64,000 bases of DNA, taken from assembly GCA_013044245.1 (NCBI GenBank), contig JABEVK010000104.1:100-64099 (forward strand), written 5' to 3'. Positions 38,666 to 48,367 of this stretch are shown here, piece after piece. The notes beneath the pieces are model-generated. The model worked only from the letters and a program-made list of their open reading frames with translations. It made no database searches and was not told the origin of the DNA. The DNA is from Spirochaetales bacterium (GTDB lineage Bacteria; Spirochaetota; Spirochaetia; JABEVK01). The translations under genes and the position numbers were made by a program. Each line of letters begins with the position of its first letter. Within the stretch, counting starts at the first letter, position 1.

Positions 38666-39987
38666 TAGCCGATCTCCTTCATAATGGCGTCAAGAACGTT
38701 TGTTCCAAAGCCGCCTTTGCGAAAAATCGACGTATTTATGATCTTTTTTTGACTTTCAAGGTTGGTAGGAACCCCATCCAACTCAAACTCACTAAGAACC
38801 GACAACATTTTGTTGATGCCCTCGGCCCTAGTGGGGGCTCCAATGATCACCTTAGCAACCATTGAGTCGTACGTGGGGGGCACTTTGTAACCGGTGTAGA
38901 GAAAGCTATCCACGCGAACTTTAAAGCCGCTGGGGGGAAGGTAGTATTTCACCGTACCAGGAGCGGTGGCATTGATACGGATCTCCATAGCATACCCGTC
39001 AAACCGAATATCTTCTTGTTTCACCGACAGGGGCTCCCCGTTGGCGACCCGAATCATCTCTTTGATCAAGTCGACATTGGTAATCATCTCAGTAACCGGA
39101 TGCTCGACTTGGATTCTTGAATTGACTTCCATAAAGTAGTATTGCCCATCTTTAAACAAGAACTCGATGGTTCCTGCCCCAAAATAGCCAATACCTTTGA
39201 ACAAACGAACAGCATCTTCGCCCATACGACGACGAATTTCGGGGGTGACTAACGGCGAAGGGCTCTCTTCAACGAGCTTCTGGTGGTTACGTTGCACCGA
39301 GCAGTCTCGTTCCCCTAGGTAAATCACATTACCCTGCTTGTCGCCGATCATCTGAAGTTCAACGTGGGCGGCGTTTTCGAGATACTTCTCGATAAACACG
39401 GTGCCGTCCCCAAAGGACTTTTCAGCTTCGGAAGAAGCAATGCGAATATTGTCCGCCAGATCTTCGACCTTACGAACGACTCGCATCCCCTTACCACCGC
39501 CACCTGCCGAGGCTTTGATAATGACGGGTAAGCCCATGTCGCGAACAGCTTCCACCGTCTTTTCAATGTTGGTAACAGCACCCTCGAGGCCTGGCGTACA
39601 AGGCACCCCATACTTTTTCGCGTTAGCTTTGGCACTGACCTTATCACCCAACATTTCGATGGCCTGCGGATCAGGACCGACCCAAACCAGGCCTGCCAAC
39701 TGAACCTGACGCGCAAATTCAGCGTTTTCAGACAAAAAGCCCACCCCTGGGTGAATGGCATCGGCCCTGGCATGAAGCGCCGCAGAAATTATGTTGGAAA
39801 TATTGAGGTAACTATCTTTTGAAGGGGGAGGTCCAATACAGATTGCTTGATCGGCCATTTTGACGTGCAACGCTTGACGATCAGCTTCGGAGTAAACAGC
39901 AACAGTACGAATTCCCAACTCTTTACAAGCACGGATAATGCGTACGGCGATTTCTCCCCGGTTAGCAACGAGAAGAGATCGAATCAT
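38665..39987 (-). CDS. accC: acetyl-CoA carboxylase biotin carboxylase subunit
   Basis: MIRSLLVANRGEIAVRIIRA start. ATP-grasp motifs. 440 aa. Confidence 0.92.
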   Translation of the reverse strand: MIRSLLVANRGEIAVRIIRACKELGIRTVAVYSEADRQALHVKMADQAICIGPPPSKDSYLNISNIISAALHARADAIHPGVGFLSENAEFARQVQLAGLVWVGPDPQAIEMLGDKVSAKANAKKYGVPCTPGLEGAVTNIEKTVEAVRDMGLPVIIKASAGGGGKGMRVVRKVEDLADNIRIASSEAEKSFGDGTVFIEKYLENAAHVELQMIGDKQGNVIYLGERDCSVQRNHQKLVEESPSPLVTPEIRRRMGEDAVRLFKGIGYFGAGTIEFLFKDGQYYFMEVNSRIQVEHPVTEMITNVDLIKEMIRVANGEPLSVKQEDIRFDGYAMEIRINATAPGTVKYYLPPSGFKVRVDSFLYTGYKVPPTYDSMVAKVIIGAPTRAEGINKMLSVLSEFELDGVPTNLESQKKIINTSIFRKGGFGTNVLDAIMKEIG

Positions 39988-40445
39988 TTCCGGCGGACCT
40001 CGAATAGCGGGGTACCATACTCCACAAAGGCCTGGTTATCGGCCAACACACGGATAATTTCACAGTCAAATTCCGCCTCGAGCTCATTCATTACTTTCAT
40101 AGCTTCAATGATGCACAAGGTTTCGCCTTTTTTAACCACTTTTCCCTCTTCCACAAAGGGTGGCGCGTCGGGTGCCGGCGTGCGGTACACTGTTCCTACA
40201 ATGGGGCTAGTGATGATTTCTCCGGTAGCAGACGTCACCGCAGGAGCCGGAGCGGAGGGTGCAGATTGTGCACCGGCAGAAGCAGGTACGAGTGCGGGGG
40301 CAGAATGTACAACCGGTGCGGCGGCATAGACGGTATCAGGGTGACGTTTGACATGCAGTTCAACGGAACCTTCCCGGAATTTCATTTCCGCCAGGCCAGT
40401 CGCGTTGAACTTTTCTAGAATCGCCACAATGTCTTTGGTATCCAT
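39984..40445 (-). CDS. accB: biotin carboxyl carrier protein
   Basis: Biotinyl-Lys motif EAMKVMNEL. Pro/Ala-rich linker. Confidence 0.9.
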   Translation of the reverse strand: MDTKDIVAILEKFNATGLAEMKFREGSVELHVKRHPDTVYAAAPVVHSAPALVPASAGAQSAPSAPAPAVTSATGEIITSPIVGTVYRTPAPDAPPFVEEGKVVKKGETLCIIEAMKVMNELEAEFDCEIIRVLADNQAFVEYGTPLFEVRRK

Positions 40446-40570
40446 TTCAACTCCTCAAAACAGTCAGGAACGTACCATGACAAGAATTCCCTGTCAATCT
40501 AGCATAAACCCAAGCCTATGAAAGTCAAGTCAAGTGAAAATCTAGTTGGCAAAATTCCCCTTTCCCCGGT

Positions 40571-41011
40571 ATGATCATTGTCATGAACCCCATAGAAAAC
40601 CTTCTCCCCCACCGAAAACCTTTTCTTTTTGTGGATGAAATTGAGTTAGCCACCTCAGAAAAAATTGTGGCTTGGAAAACGTTCCGTGAGGACGAGTTCT
40701 TTTTCCCGGGGCATTTTCCCGGGTACCCGGTTGTACCAGGAGTTATCCTTGTCGAAACTCTGGCTCAAGCCGGAGGTGCGGGTGTCGGACAACTAGGACT
40801 TTTGGGTGCGGACGCCCTCTTTTTTTTGGCCACCGTCGAAAAAGCTAAGTTTCGCCGTCAGGTCCGTCCTCAGGACAAGGTTCGTCTCGAAATTACCAAC
40901 CTGCGAATTTCGGCTCGTATGCTCCGTCAAAGTGGACGGGCTCTTGTCGGTGACGAGGTAGCGGCTGAAGCCGAGTGGATGTGCGTCGTTGGTTCCGCTG
41001 ATAAGGCCTAA
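40571..41011 (+). CDS. fabZ: 3-hydroxyacyl-ACP dehydratase (FabZ-like hot-dog)
   Basis: LPHRKPFLFVDEI ... GHFPGYPVVPGVILVETLAQ motifs. Confidence 0.8.
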   Translation: MIIVMNPIENLLPHRKPFLFVDEIELATSEKIVAWKTFREDEFFFPGHFPGYPVVPGVILVETLAQAGGAGVGQLGLLGADALFFLATVEKAKFRRQVRPQDKVRLEITNLRISARMLRQSGRALVGDEVAAEAEWMCVVGSADKA

Positions 41012-41016
41012 AGCTC

Positions 41017-42948
41017 ATGGGGCAAACACTTCCTCAACGGATACGGCAGGTTGTACAGCAACGAGAGACAGAACCAATTCAATTTTTTAAAGCCAACCCT
41101 TCCGTGGGGGCCAGTGTTGCTAATCCCTTTCAAAAAGTTACCTACAGAGAATTTTGGAACAAAGTCCAAGAGTTTGCCGTCGGCCTTGCTAGTCTTGGCG
41201 TCAGACGTGGGGGACATGCCGCCCTGATTTCAGACAATCGGCCCGAATGGTTGGTTGTCGATTTGGCGATCTTGAGCCTGGGCGGCAGTGATGTGCCGCG
41301 AGGTTCGGATATCACGAGCGACGAGTTAGCCTTTATCGTGGCCCACGCCGACTGTGAGATGGCGTTGGTCGAAGATCAAACTCAACTCGAAAAGCTTGTA
41401 AACCTTTCGTCGTTGGGCGTGCTTCGGACGGTTATCGTTCTCGACAATTCTTTAGGACCTCACCGTCGCGCTCCTTCGTCGCTTCAATTGCTCAATTTCG
41501 AAGAAGTTCTCACCTTGGGGCGGCGAGAAAAGCTCAAAAAACCTTCGTTTTTTGATGCCGAGGTTTCGGCCGGTTCCGAAGAGGATTTGGCGACAATTAT
41601 CTATACTTCGGGAACCACCGGAGAACCCAAAGGGGTGATGCTCAGCCATCGTGCCTTTCTGTTTCAGATGGAACGAGCCCTTGAAGTCCTCAAACTGTTA
41701 CCTAACGACATTTTTTTAAGCGTTCTTCCCATTTGGCACGCTTTTGAACGAGCTATTGAATATATCGTTCTGGGTGGCGGGGCGTCGATCTGTTATTCCA
41801 AACCTGTTGGTAAAGTCATGCTCGACGATATGGCAGCCATCAAACCAACCTGGTTTATTTCAGTTCCCCGAATTTGGGAGAGCATCCGTGCCGCTATTCT
41901 TCGCAAGGTCAAAGCACAGGGTCGCCTCATTCGGCGAGTTTTTGACTTCTTTATTACAGCAGGAACTCACTGGGCCGACTACCGTGATAAATTGCTGGAC
42001 CGTTGGCCTCGTTTTAGCCCCTATTGGCCCTGGGCCAGTAGAGCCAGCGCGGCCCTGCCCTTCGCCCTTCTTTGGCCGGTACACGTCTTGGGCGATGCCT
42101 TTATTTTTCGTAAATTGCGCCTCCTTTTAGGAGGCCGTTTTCGTGCCGGGATTTCGGGTGGAGGTGCTCTACCCGGGCATGTTGATGCGTTCTTTCGCGC
42201 CGTAGGAGTCCTTGTGCTGGAAGGCTATGGTCTGACCGAAACTGCTCCGGTGCTGTCAGTTCGCCTGCTGAGGCGTCCTGTTCCTCACACAGTTGGGCCT
42301 TTGCTTCGCGATATCCGCTTTGAAATTCGTGAAGAAGGAACGGGCAAAGTTTTACCCCCAGGCCACATGGGGGAATTGTGGGTCCGCACCCCGCAGGTTA
42401 TGCTCGGTTATTATAAAAGGCCCGATTTAACCGCTAGGGTCCTTATCGATGGTTGGCTCAATACCGGGGACTTAGCCGTAGCCACAGTGAGGAACGAACT
42501 TCGCCTCGTCGGGCGCTCTAAAGACACCATCGTTCTTTTAGGTGGCGAGAATGTAGAACCTGGCCCCCTCGAACAACGCCTTCTTCAGTCCGATTTTATC
42601 GATCAAGTCATGGTGGTAGGACAAGATCAGAAATTTCTTGGAGCTTTGATTGTTCCTCAGTTTGAGCTCATGGAAGAATGGGCCCGGGCCAAACAAATTT
42701 CTTATATGGACCGAGAAGAATTGTTAGAAAACCCGCAAATTCTTGAATATGTCCGCGAGATTATTCAGGCTTTGATTAACCCTCGAAGTGGGTTTAAACC
42801 CAATGAGGGGATCTACCAATTTAAGCTTTTACCCCGTCCCTTTGAACCCATGGTCGAAGTGACGGCGTCACTCAAGCTAAAACGTAACGTGATTGCACAG
42901 CGTCGGGCTAAGCAGATCGCGGCCCTTTTCAACGGACACAAAGACTAA
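41017..42948 (+). CDS. long-chain fatty-acid--CoA ligase (AMP-binding)
   Basis: AMP-binding signature IYTSGTTGEPKGVMLSHR. 643 aa. Confidence 0.85.
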   Translation: MGQTLPQRIRQVVQQRETEPIQFFKANPSVGASVANPFQKVTYREFWNKVQEFAVGLASLGVRRGGHAALISDNRPEWLVVDLAILSLGGSDVPRGSDITSDELAFIVAHADCEMALVEDQTQLEKLVNLSSLGVLRTVIVLDNSLGPHRRAPSSLQLLNFEEVLTLGRREKLKKPSFFDAEVSAGSEEDLATIIYTSGTTGEPKGVMLSHRAFLFQMERALEVLKLLPNDIFLSVLPIWHAFERAIEYIVLGGGASICYSKPVGKVMLDDMAAIKPTWFISVPRIWESIRAAILRKVKAQGRLIRRVFDFFITAGTHWADYRDKLLDRWPRFSPYWPWASRASAALPFALLWPVHVLGDAFIFRKLRLLLGGRFRAGISGGGALPGHVDAFFRAVGVLVLEGYGLTETAPVLSVRLLRRPVPHTVGPLLRDIRFEIREEGTGKVLPPGHMGELWVRTPQVMLGYYKRPDLTARVLIDGWLNTGDLAVATVRNELRLVGRSKDTIVLLGGENVEPGPLEQRLLQSDFIDQVMVVGQDQKFLGALIVPQFELMEEWARAKQISYMDREELLENPQILEYVREIIQALINPRSGFKPNEGIYQFKLLPRPFEPMVEVTASLKLKRNVIAQRRAKQIAALFNGHKD

Positions 42949-43013
42949 GCCCCCAACCAATAACCGACCTTGCCAAACTTGACTCATCGGGGATCGAGGT
43001 TTAGGATTTATTC

Positions 43014-43232
43014 ATGGATAATAAGAAGTCACCCTCACCCAAAACCCCTGCCAAAAAGGCTGCTACCAAAAAAGCCAGTGCTACGGCGCCAGCGTTAGAA
43101 GATTTTCTGCGCGAAGTTGAAAGCAAGGCTTACGAGCTGTTTCTGGAACGTACCCGAACCTCGGCTACCGGGGATAGCTTAACCGATTGGCTACAGGCCG
43201 AAGAGCTAGTAAAAAAAGCTCACAACCTGTAA
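43014..43232 (+). CDS. small Lys/Ala/Pro-rich (histone H1-like) protein with DUF2934-like C-terminus
   Basis: N-terminus KKSPSPKTPAKKAATKKASA. C-terminal ...YELFLERTRTSATGDSLTDWLQAEELV resembles DUF2934 (…DWLEAE…). Confidence 0.55.
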   Translation: MDNKKSPSPKTPAKKAATKKASATAPALEDFLREVESKAYELFLERTRTSATGDSLTDWLQAEELVKKAHNL

Positions 43233-43432
43233 TCGCCCCAAGATTTGCCCTGCTGGTGGGCTGGTGTTTCGAGCTTGAAAACTGGTGTTTCGATCTTGAA
43301 AAAGGTTGAAATCCCGAAGCAACCAAGGCAAAGTAGCTGGACAACATCGGCGCAACCGCTGATACTATCTAACCAGGAGTTGGACAAAACGGCCACCACC
43401 AATGAACCAACCAAAGTTCTTAAAGTTTTCAT
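43220..43432 (-). CDS. candidate small secreted protein (70 aa) containing a tandem FK(I/L)ETP repeat
   Basis: ATG preceded by GGTGGAGG-6nt. Signal-peptide-like N-terminus MKTLRTLVGSLVVAVLSNS. It spans the 21-bp tandem DNA repeat and could be spurious. Confidence 0.3.
   Translation of the reverse strand: MKTLRTLVGSLVVAVLSNSWLDSISGCADVVQLLCLGCFGISTFFKIETPVFKLETPAHQQGKSWGDYRL
43261..43302. repeat. 21-bp tandem direct repeat x2 (CTGGTGTTTCGA[G/T]CTTGAAAA)
   Basis: Adjacent copies differ by 1 nt. A partial third copy lies upstream (CTGGTG). Confidence 0.7.
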
Positions 43433-43498
43433 CGAACGCCTCCACCTACTGTTATCTACCGTCTAACAGAGAATATCCTCAGCAGATTTTAATTTTTT

Positions 43499-45157
43499 TT
43501 GGTGTATCCCATGACACTTTTTGAACTCTGGGCCGAGGCTGTTCGTCGTCATGCACTACGCCCAGCTCTGGGATGGGTAGACGAGACCGCTTGGAGCTAT
43601 AGCGAGCTTGATCAGAGAATCCGAACCATTCAGGTACACTTCGCACGGCTCGGTTTGGCATCAGGGGACCGTTTAGCGCTTTGGTCACACAATCACCCCG
43701 CTTGGGGTGCTGTTTACTTGGCGGTAACAACGTCGGGGGCGGTCATCGTTCCCCTCTTACCAGAGTTTCCGGTGGCGGAAACCGCTCAGGCGATTATCCA
43801 CAGTGGTGCTAAGGTTTTGGTTCTCAGTAAGGCTCTACGGGATGTCTGGGTTGAGTATATCCCTCAGGCACCAGACGAGCTTAAGACTGCACTACAAGAG
43901 GTGACGGTGTTGCTTTTGGACGAGTTAGCCGAAGCCCCACCCTTACCCCCCGTATTGCAGACGGGCCCACTCCCTACCGAAAGCACCCTAGCGGCGATTA
44001 TTTATACCTCGGGAACCACAGGCAAACCCAAGGGGGTCATGCTCAGCCATCGTAACCTGACCAGCAACGTCAATGCGGCGGCTCCTATACCCAGGCTTCA
44101 ACCAGGCAACCGTCTCTTGTCCGTACTCCCCCTTGCTCACACTTATGAATGTACGCTTGGTCTTTTGATCCCTCTTTCTTTGGGTTGCCAGGTGAGCTAC
44201 CTTCGAAAACAGCCAGCCCCTGCCGTCCTGATTCCTGCCTTGGCTTCTGTGCGCCCCCATGCCATGCTCACCGTTCCTCTGTTTATTGAAAAAATCTACC
44301 GTCAAAAGATTCTGCCGAGCCTGCAAAAGCAGCCGGTGAAGGTTTTGCTCAAGGTCCCCCTTTTGCGAAGTCTAATCTTGCGAAGGGCTGGCCATAAGCT
44401 CAAGTCTTTGATGGGCGGTCGAATCCACTTCTTTGGGATAGGAGGCGCTGGGTTAGCTCCCGAGGTTGCCCGTTTTCTTCATAAATCAGGCTTTCCCTAC
44501 GCCATCGGCTATGGGCTGACAGAATCTAGTCCACTCCTGGCTGGCCACCTGGGAGTCAAGCTGTATTCTACGGGCAAGGTACTCACTGGGGTACGGATCA
44601 AGATCGCCGAACCGTTGAATGAGGAAGGGGCCGGCGAGATTCTTGCTCAAGGCCCCAACATCATGATGGGGTATTATAAAGATCCAGAACGGACCGCCGA
44701 GGTTTTAAGTGCCGATGGCTGGCTACGCACTGGCGATCTTGGTCGCTTTGATCGCCACGGACACTTGCACATCGTGGGTCGGTCAAAAAACATGATTTTG
44801 GGTCCCGGGGGAGAAAATATTTACCCTGAACCCATCGAAGCTCTGTACAATCAAGACCAGCTCATAGTGGAAACTCTGGTTTTGCACAACGGTTCGCATC
44901 TTGTGGCAAAAGTTGTCGTGGATCATGAAACCTTGCCCGATAAGCTGGCACCCTGGGGCCGAGATTTAGGAAAGGCGCTCGAAGCTTACCTCGAAAACAT
45001 GAAACACCTGATCAACAAACGCCTAGCCCGATTCAGCCACATCAGCCATGTTGAGGTTCAAGACAAGCCCTTTGAAAAGACGGCGACCATGAAAATCAAA
45101 CGCTACCTGTATGAAAAATCCCATGGGAAAGGCCGTAAGGGACAAATGGGGACTTGA
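43499..45157 (+). CDS. AMP-dependent synthetase/ligase (acyl-CoA synthetase, second copy)
   Basis: IYTSGTTGKPKGVMLSHRN signature. The start may instead be at 43511 (MTLFELW). Confidence 0.85.
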   Translation: MVYPMTLFELWAEAVRRHALRPALGWVDETAWSYSELDQRIRTIQVHFARLGLASGDRLALWSHNHPAWGAVYLAVTTSGAVIVPLLPEFPVAETAQAIIHSGAKVLVLSKALRDVWVEYIPQAPDELKTALQEVTVLLLDELAEAPPLPPVLQTGPLPTESTLAAIIYTSGTTGKPKGVMLSHRNLTSNVNAAAPIPRLQPGNRLLSVLPLAHTYECTLGLLIPLSLGCQVSYLRKQPAPAVLIPALASVRPHAMLTVPLFIEKIYRQKILPSLQKQPVKVLLKVPLLRSLILRRAGHKLKSLMGGRIHFFGIGGAGLAPEVARFLHKSGFPYAIGYGLTESSPLLAGHLGVKLYSTGKVLTGVRIKIAEPLNEEGAGEILAQGPNIMMGYYKDPERTAEVLSADGWLRTGDLGRFDRHGHLHIVGRSKNMILGPGGENIYPEPIEALYNQDQLIVETLVLHNGSHLVAKVVVDHETLPDKLAPWGRDLGKALEAYLENMKHLINKRLARFSHISHVEVQDKPFEKTATMKIKRYLYEKSHGKGRKGQMGT

Positions 45158-45232
45158 AGCCAATTTCTCTGTCTTGTTGACAGATAATTAAATTAAAAAA
45201 ATAGGCACACTTCTGCTCTATCGGGCTTATAC

Positions 45233-46057
45233 TTGGGGCAAGGAGGACTCAATATGGGTCAGAACAATTTCTTTGTGGACTATTTTGATCGCTTCATCGC
45301 CTTTTTGAAAAAGGTCGTTAACGTCAAAACCATTTCCGGTTTTGAGTCATGGTCTGTTTTGATCGGGCAGTGGATTCTTGCTTTGGTTTTGGTGCTGGGA
45401 GCTATAGCAAATATCAAAGGATCTAGTGGTGACGCCGGATCAATTTTTGGGTCCTTGGGAATCATGCTTTTGGGTTTTATTCTCATTTTTGTTTCTGCCA
45501 AGTTTCTTGACGGACTGCGGGGTCTTGTCGATGCGGCACCAACAGGCTTTTCCAGTCGCGTTGTTCCAGACCTTATAGGGCTTGCTCTTTTGGTTGGCAC
45601 CGTTGTTTCGGTCATTTTGATGTTCATCAAGCTTTTCAGCGGAGATTTAACCAGTTTTATCATTTTTCTTGTTGCCGCCATCTTGTCTTACGTCCTGGCT
45701 TGCGCTTTCTTTGACGACGGGGCGACAAACACCCAAGTGGGAAATCAATATTCTCCTGGCGAAGAACTCATTTCAATCCCTCTTCTAGCGGTCAAGTCAA
45801 TTCTGGTCGCTTTGCCTGTCAGTTTTGGAATTCTCTCTTTAGGAATCTTGATTTTTCAGATCTACGCTTTTGCAAATCCTGAGGGTCAAATAATGCTTTC
45901 GTTTATGAGTGCATTGCCCGGTATGGGGTGGGTACTTTCAACAGGATCCTTGGCAATGATTCCTCTTCTTTTGCCAATCTATATGTACCTGATATTTTTA
46001 ATTATCAGTTTCTTTGCCGGGATCTTGCAAGGTCTCATTTCCTTGAAAAAGAAGTAA
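45233..46057 (+). CDS. hypothetical polytopic membrane protein
   Basis: 6-7 TM helices. No domain recognised. Confidence 0.55.
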   Translation: MGQGGLNMGQNNFFVDYFDRFIAFLKKVVNVKTISGFESWSVLIGQWILALVLVLGAIANIKGSSGDAGSIFGSLGIMLLGFILIFVSAKFLDGLRGLVDAAPTGFSSRVVPDLIGLALLVGTVVSVILMFIKLFSGDLTSFIIFLVAAILSYVLACAFFDDGATNTQVGNQYSPGEELISIPLLAVKSILVALPVSFGILSLGILIFQIYAFANPEGQIMLSFMSALPGMGWVLSTGSLAMIPLLLPIYMYLIFLIISFFAGILQGLISLKKK

Positions 46058-46093
46058 CAGAAGAGATATTGGACCTCATTGTCAACAGATAAA

Positions 46094-46118
46094 GGCCGGG
46101 GGGATTTCACCCCCAGCC
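46094..46118. terminator. GC-rich hairpin GGCCGGGGGG-ATTTCA-CCCCCAGCC between convergent genes
   Basis: Stem of 5-6 G:C pairs. A weak T-tract lies only on the minus-strand side (TTTATCTGTT). Confidence 0.35.
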
Positions 46119-46263
46119 TCTCATGACACTTGTAAGGCGACTGCCATGACACTTCTAATTCAACCTTCATGAGAGTAGACGTACGCTACCTTTATGATGA
46201 ATGCTTAGCAAGCCCTATAACCTTTTCGGCAATGAATAGGGCTGTCTTGTCGCCTGTTACCAC

Positions 46264-47313
46264 TCACACCTTGATAACGGTTGTGACCAATTGCATCACG
46301 CCATACCCACCAACCAACAGCCACACCCACAGGGCCAAGGCCAAGAGGAACGGCCTAAGACCAGCTTGACGAAACTTTGCCGCACTGGTTTCAAGGCCCA
46401 ACGCCGTCATGGCCATGGTTAACAAAAAGGTATCCAGCATCAAAATGACATCCACAACAGGTTTGGGGATAATGTTAAGCGAGTTAATCCCGCTAGCAAC
46501 GATAAACAAGATGGCAAACCAGGGAACAACAATTTTGGTTTTACCCGTTGCTTCTCCGTTCTTTTTTCGTCGGGCCAGAGCAGACAAAATGACCCCTAAA
46601 ATGACCAACAAAGGTGACAAGAGCATCACACGAGTAAGCTTAACGATGACACCCACATCCATGGCCTGCTTTCCTGCAGGGTTCGTCGCCCCAATCACCT
46701 GGGCAACTTCGTGAATTGACCCGCCCGCATACAGACCAAAATGGGTTTGGTCAACGTGCAGTATCCCCGTCTTGTAGATGATCGGGTACAGAAACATGGA
46801 AAGAGTTCCGAAAATCACCACCGTGCTCACGGCAATCGCGCTTTTATAGGCCTCTGCTTTAAGCACGGGTTCTGTTGCCAAAACGGCAGCGGCTCCGCAT
46901 ACCGCACTTCCGGAGGCCGTTAACAACGAGGTGTCCCTATCAAGCTTAAACACTTTCTGCCCTAAAAAAGCTCCCAAAAGGAACGTTGTCGTGACCATGA
47001 GAACAGATACCAAAATCCCGTCCAACCCTACCGAGGCGATATCTTGGAACGTGACGTGAAATCCAAAAAAGACGACCGAGATTCTTAAAATTGTTTTTGC
47101 AGAAAAAGAAATCCCTGACCCCCATTCGCGAGGTGCATGACTTCTGAGGGTATTGGCGTAAATCATCCCGATCAAAATGCCTATAATGAGCGGGCTTAAC
47201 CCGAGATTTTTAATTACCGGTAAGGCGGCTAGTTCCATTGCCGCCAATGAGAATAACACCACAAACAAGATGCCGTTGAGCATGTGGCGAACATTGTCCT
47301 TACTCCATGACAT
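46264..47313 (-). CDS. YeiH/UPF0324-family membrane protein (putative sulfate exporter family)
   Basis: 349 aa, ~10 TM helices. Divergent from a LysR regulator, as in the yeiE-yeiH arrangement. Confidence 0.75.
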   Translation of the reverse strand: MSWSKDNVRHMLNGILFVVLFSLAAMELAALPVIKNLGLSPLIIGILIGMIYANTLRSHAPREWGSGISFSAKTILRISVVFFGFHVTFQDIASVGLDGILVSVLMVTTTFLLGAFLGQKVFKLDRDTSLLTASGSAVCGAAAVLATEPVLKAEAYKSAIAVSTVVIFGTLSMFLYPIIYKTGILHVDQTHFGLYAGGSIHEVAQVIGATNPAGKQAMDVGVIVKLTRVMLLSPLLVILGVILSALARRKKNGEATGKTKIVVPWFAILFIVASGINSLNIIPKPVVDVILMLDTFLLTMAMTALGLETSAAKFRQAGLRPFLLALALWVWLLVGGYGVMQLVTTVIKV

Positions 47314-47353
47314 GTCGAACCTTCCTTTGTCTGGAAGTTACCGGATTCATGTG

Positions 47354-47368
47354 ATAATATCCAATTAT
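47354..47368. promoter_or_regulatory. LysR-type dyad ATAAT-N5-ATTAT (T-N11-A) in yeiH/LysR divergent region
   Basis: AT-rich 100-bp region that also holds ATTCAT..ATAATAT direct repeats. Confidence 0.35.
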
Positions 47369-47413
47369 ATTTTGTTATGTATTCATAATATTATTTTATC
47401 AAGGGAAGAAAAC

Positions 47414-48301
47414 ATGCTGGATTTTCGCCTTCGTACCTTTTTAATCCTCTGTGAAACAAAAAATTTCAGTAAGGCAGGTGAACGCTTGGGCCTGACACAA
47501 CCAGCGGTGAGCCAACAGATCCATCAGCTTGAAGAACGGTATGGAACAAAACTCTTTAGCGCAGTAGGCAGACAATTTGGCTTAACCAAGGCCGGTGAGC
47601 TTCTTTATCGGCATGCAGCCTTTACCGCCGCCGAATCGCAACGGGTCGAGGAGGCTTTAGAAAGACAGTCCCAGCAAATTTCTCTTCGTTTTGGCGCAAC
47701 CAGAACGATCGGCGAATTTGTGATGCCTCGGGTTCTGACGCGCTACCTTGCCACACACCAAGGCGACCTTTCGCTTGTAGTGGATAATACGGATGCTCTT
47801 TTAAGTAAGCTTACGACAGGACAGATCGATTTTGCCTTCATCGAAGGGATCTTTGACCAACAAGCCTTTGCCTCACAGACTCTTTTCGAGGATACGCTGG
47901 AGCTTTTTTGCTCACCGAACGACCCTCTTGCCGGCAAAACCGTTGAACTGGAAGAGCTATTACCTCGCCGCCTCATCGTTCGTGAAAAGGGTAGCGGTTC
48001 CCGCGAAGTCTTAGAAAACGCCCTTGCGTCGCAGAATCGATCCTTGAGCAATTTTGCCAGCGTATTAGAAATTGGCAACATCGCTATCATTAAGGCTCTT
48101 CTGCGCGAGGGTTTAGGTCTTGCTTTTCTGTACGGGAATTCTCAAGAGCGATCGACAGGCGATCCTGTTTTGACCTTAGAAAAAATCAAGGTTCGAAATT
48201 TTGATATTCGTCATGCGTATTCGTATGTTCATCGCAAAGGCAGTCAGTTTCTGGACGCTTTTCAAGAAATCTTGCAAGCCGTACAGGCCGAGTTCCACTA
48301 A
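47414..48301 (+). CDS. LysR-family transcriptional regulator (YeiE-like)
   Basis: HTH (FLILCETKNFSKAGERLGLTQPAVSQQIHQLEERYG). I chose the internal start MLDFRL, because the upstream part of the ORF overlaps yeiH. Confidence 0.85.
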   Translation: MLDFRLRTFLILCETKNFSKAGERLGLTQPAVSQQIHQLEERYGTKLFSAVGRQFGLTKAGELLYRHAAFTAAESQRVEEALERQSQQISLRFGATRTIGEFVMPRVLTRYLATHQGDLSLVVDNTDALLSKLTTGQIDFAFIEGIFDQQAFASQTLFEDTLELFCSPNDPLAGKTVELEELLPRRLIVREKGSGSREVLENALASQNRSLSNFASVLEIGNIAIIKALLREGLGLAFLYGNSQERSTGDPVLTLEKIKVRNFDIRHAYSYVHRKGSQFLDAFQEILQAVQAEFH

Positions 48302-48367
48302 GCTGTTTTTTTTAAAACACCGCCGACATTGACAACGGGTATTTCAGGATTTAGAGTGGTAATACTT

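Noticed and set aside
43245-43466. Plus-strand 73-aa ORF across the tandem repeat
   Set aside because: It has no RBS and a low-complexity product. The minus-strand ORF over the same DNA has a strong RBS and a signal-peptide-like start. That makes the minus-strand ORF the better, though still weak, candidate.
46169-46369. 66-aa ORF overlapping the 3' end of the yeiH-family gene
   Set aside because: It overlaps a confidently called gene on the other strand. It has no RBS and no conserved features.
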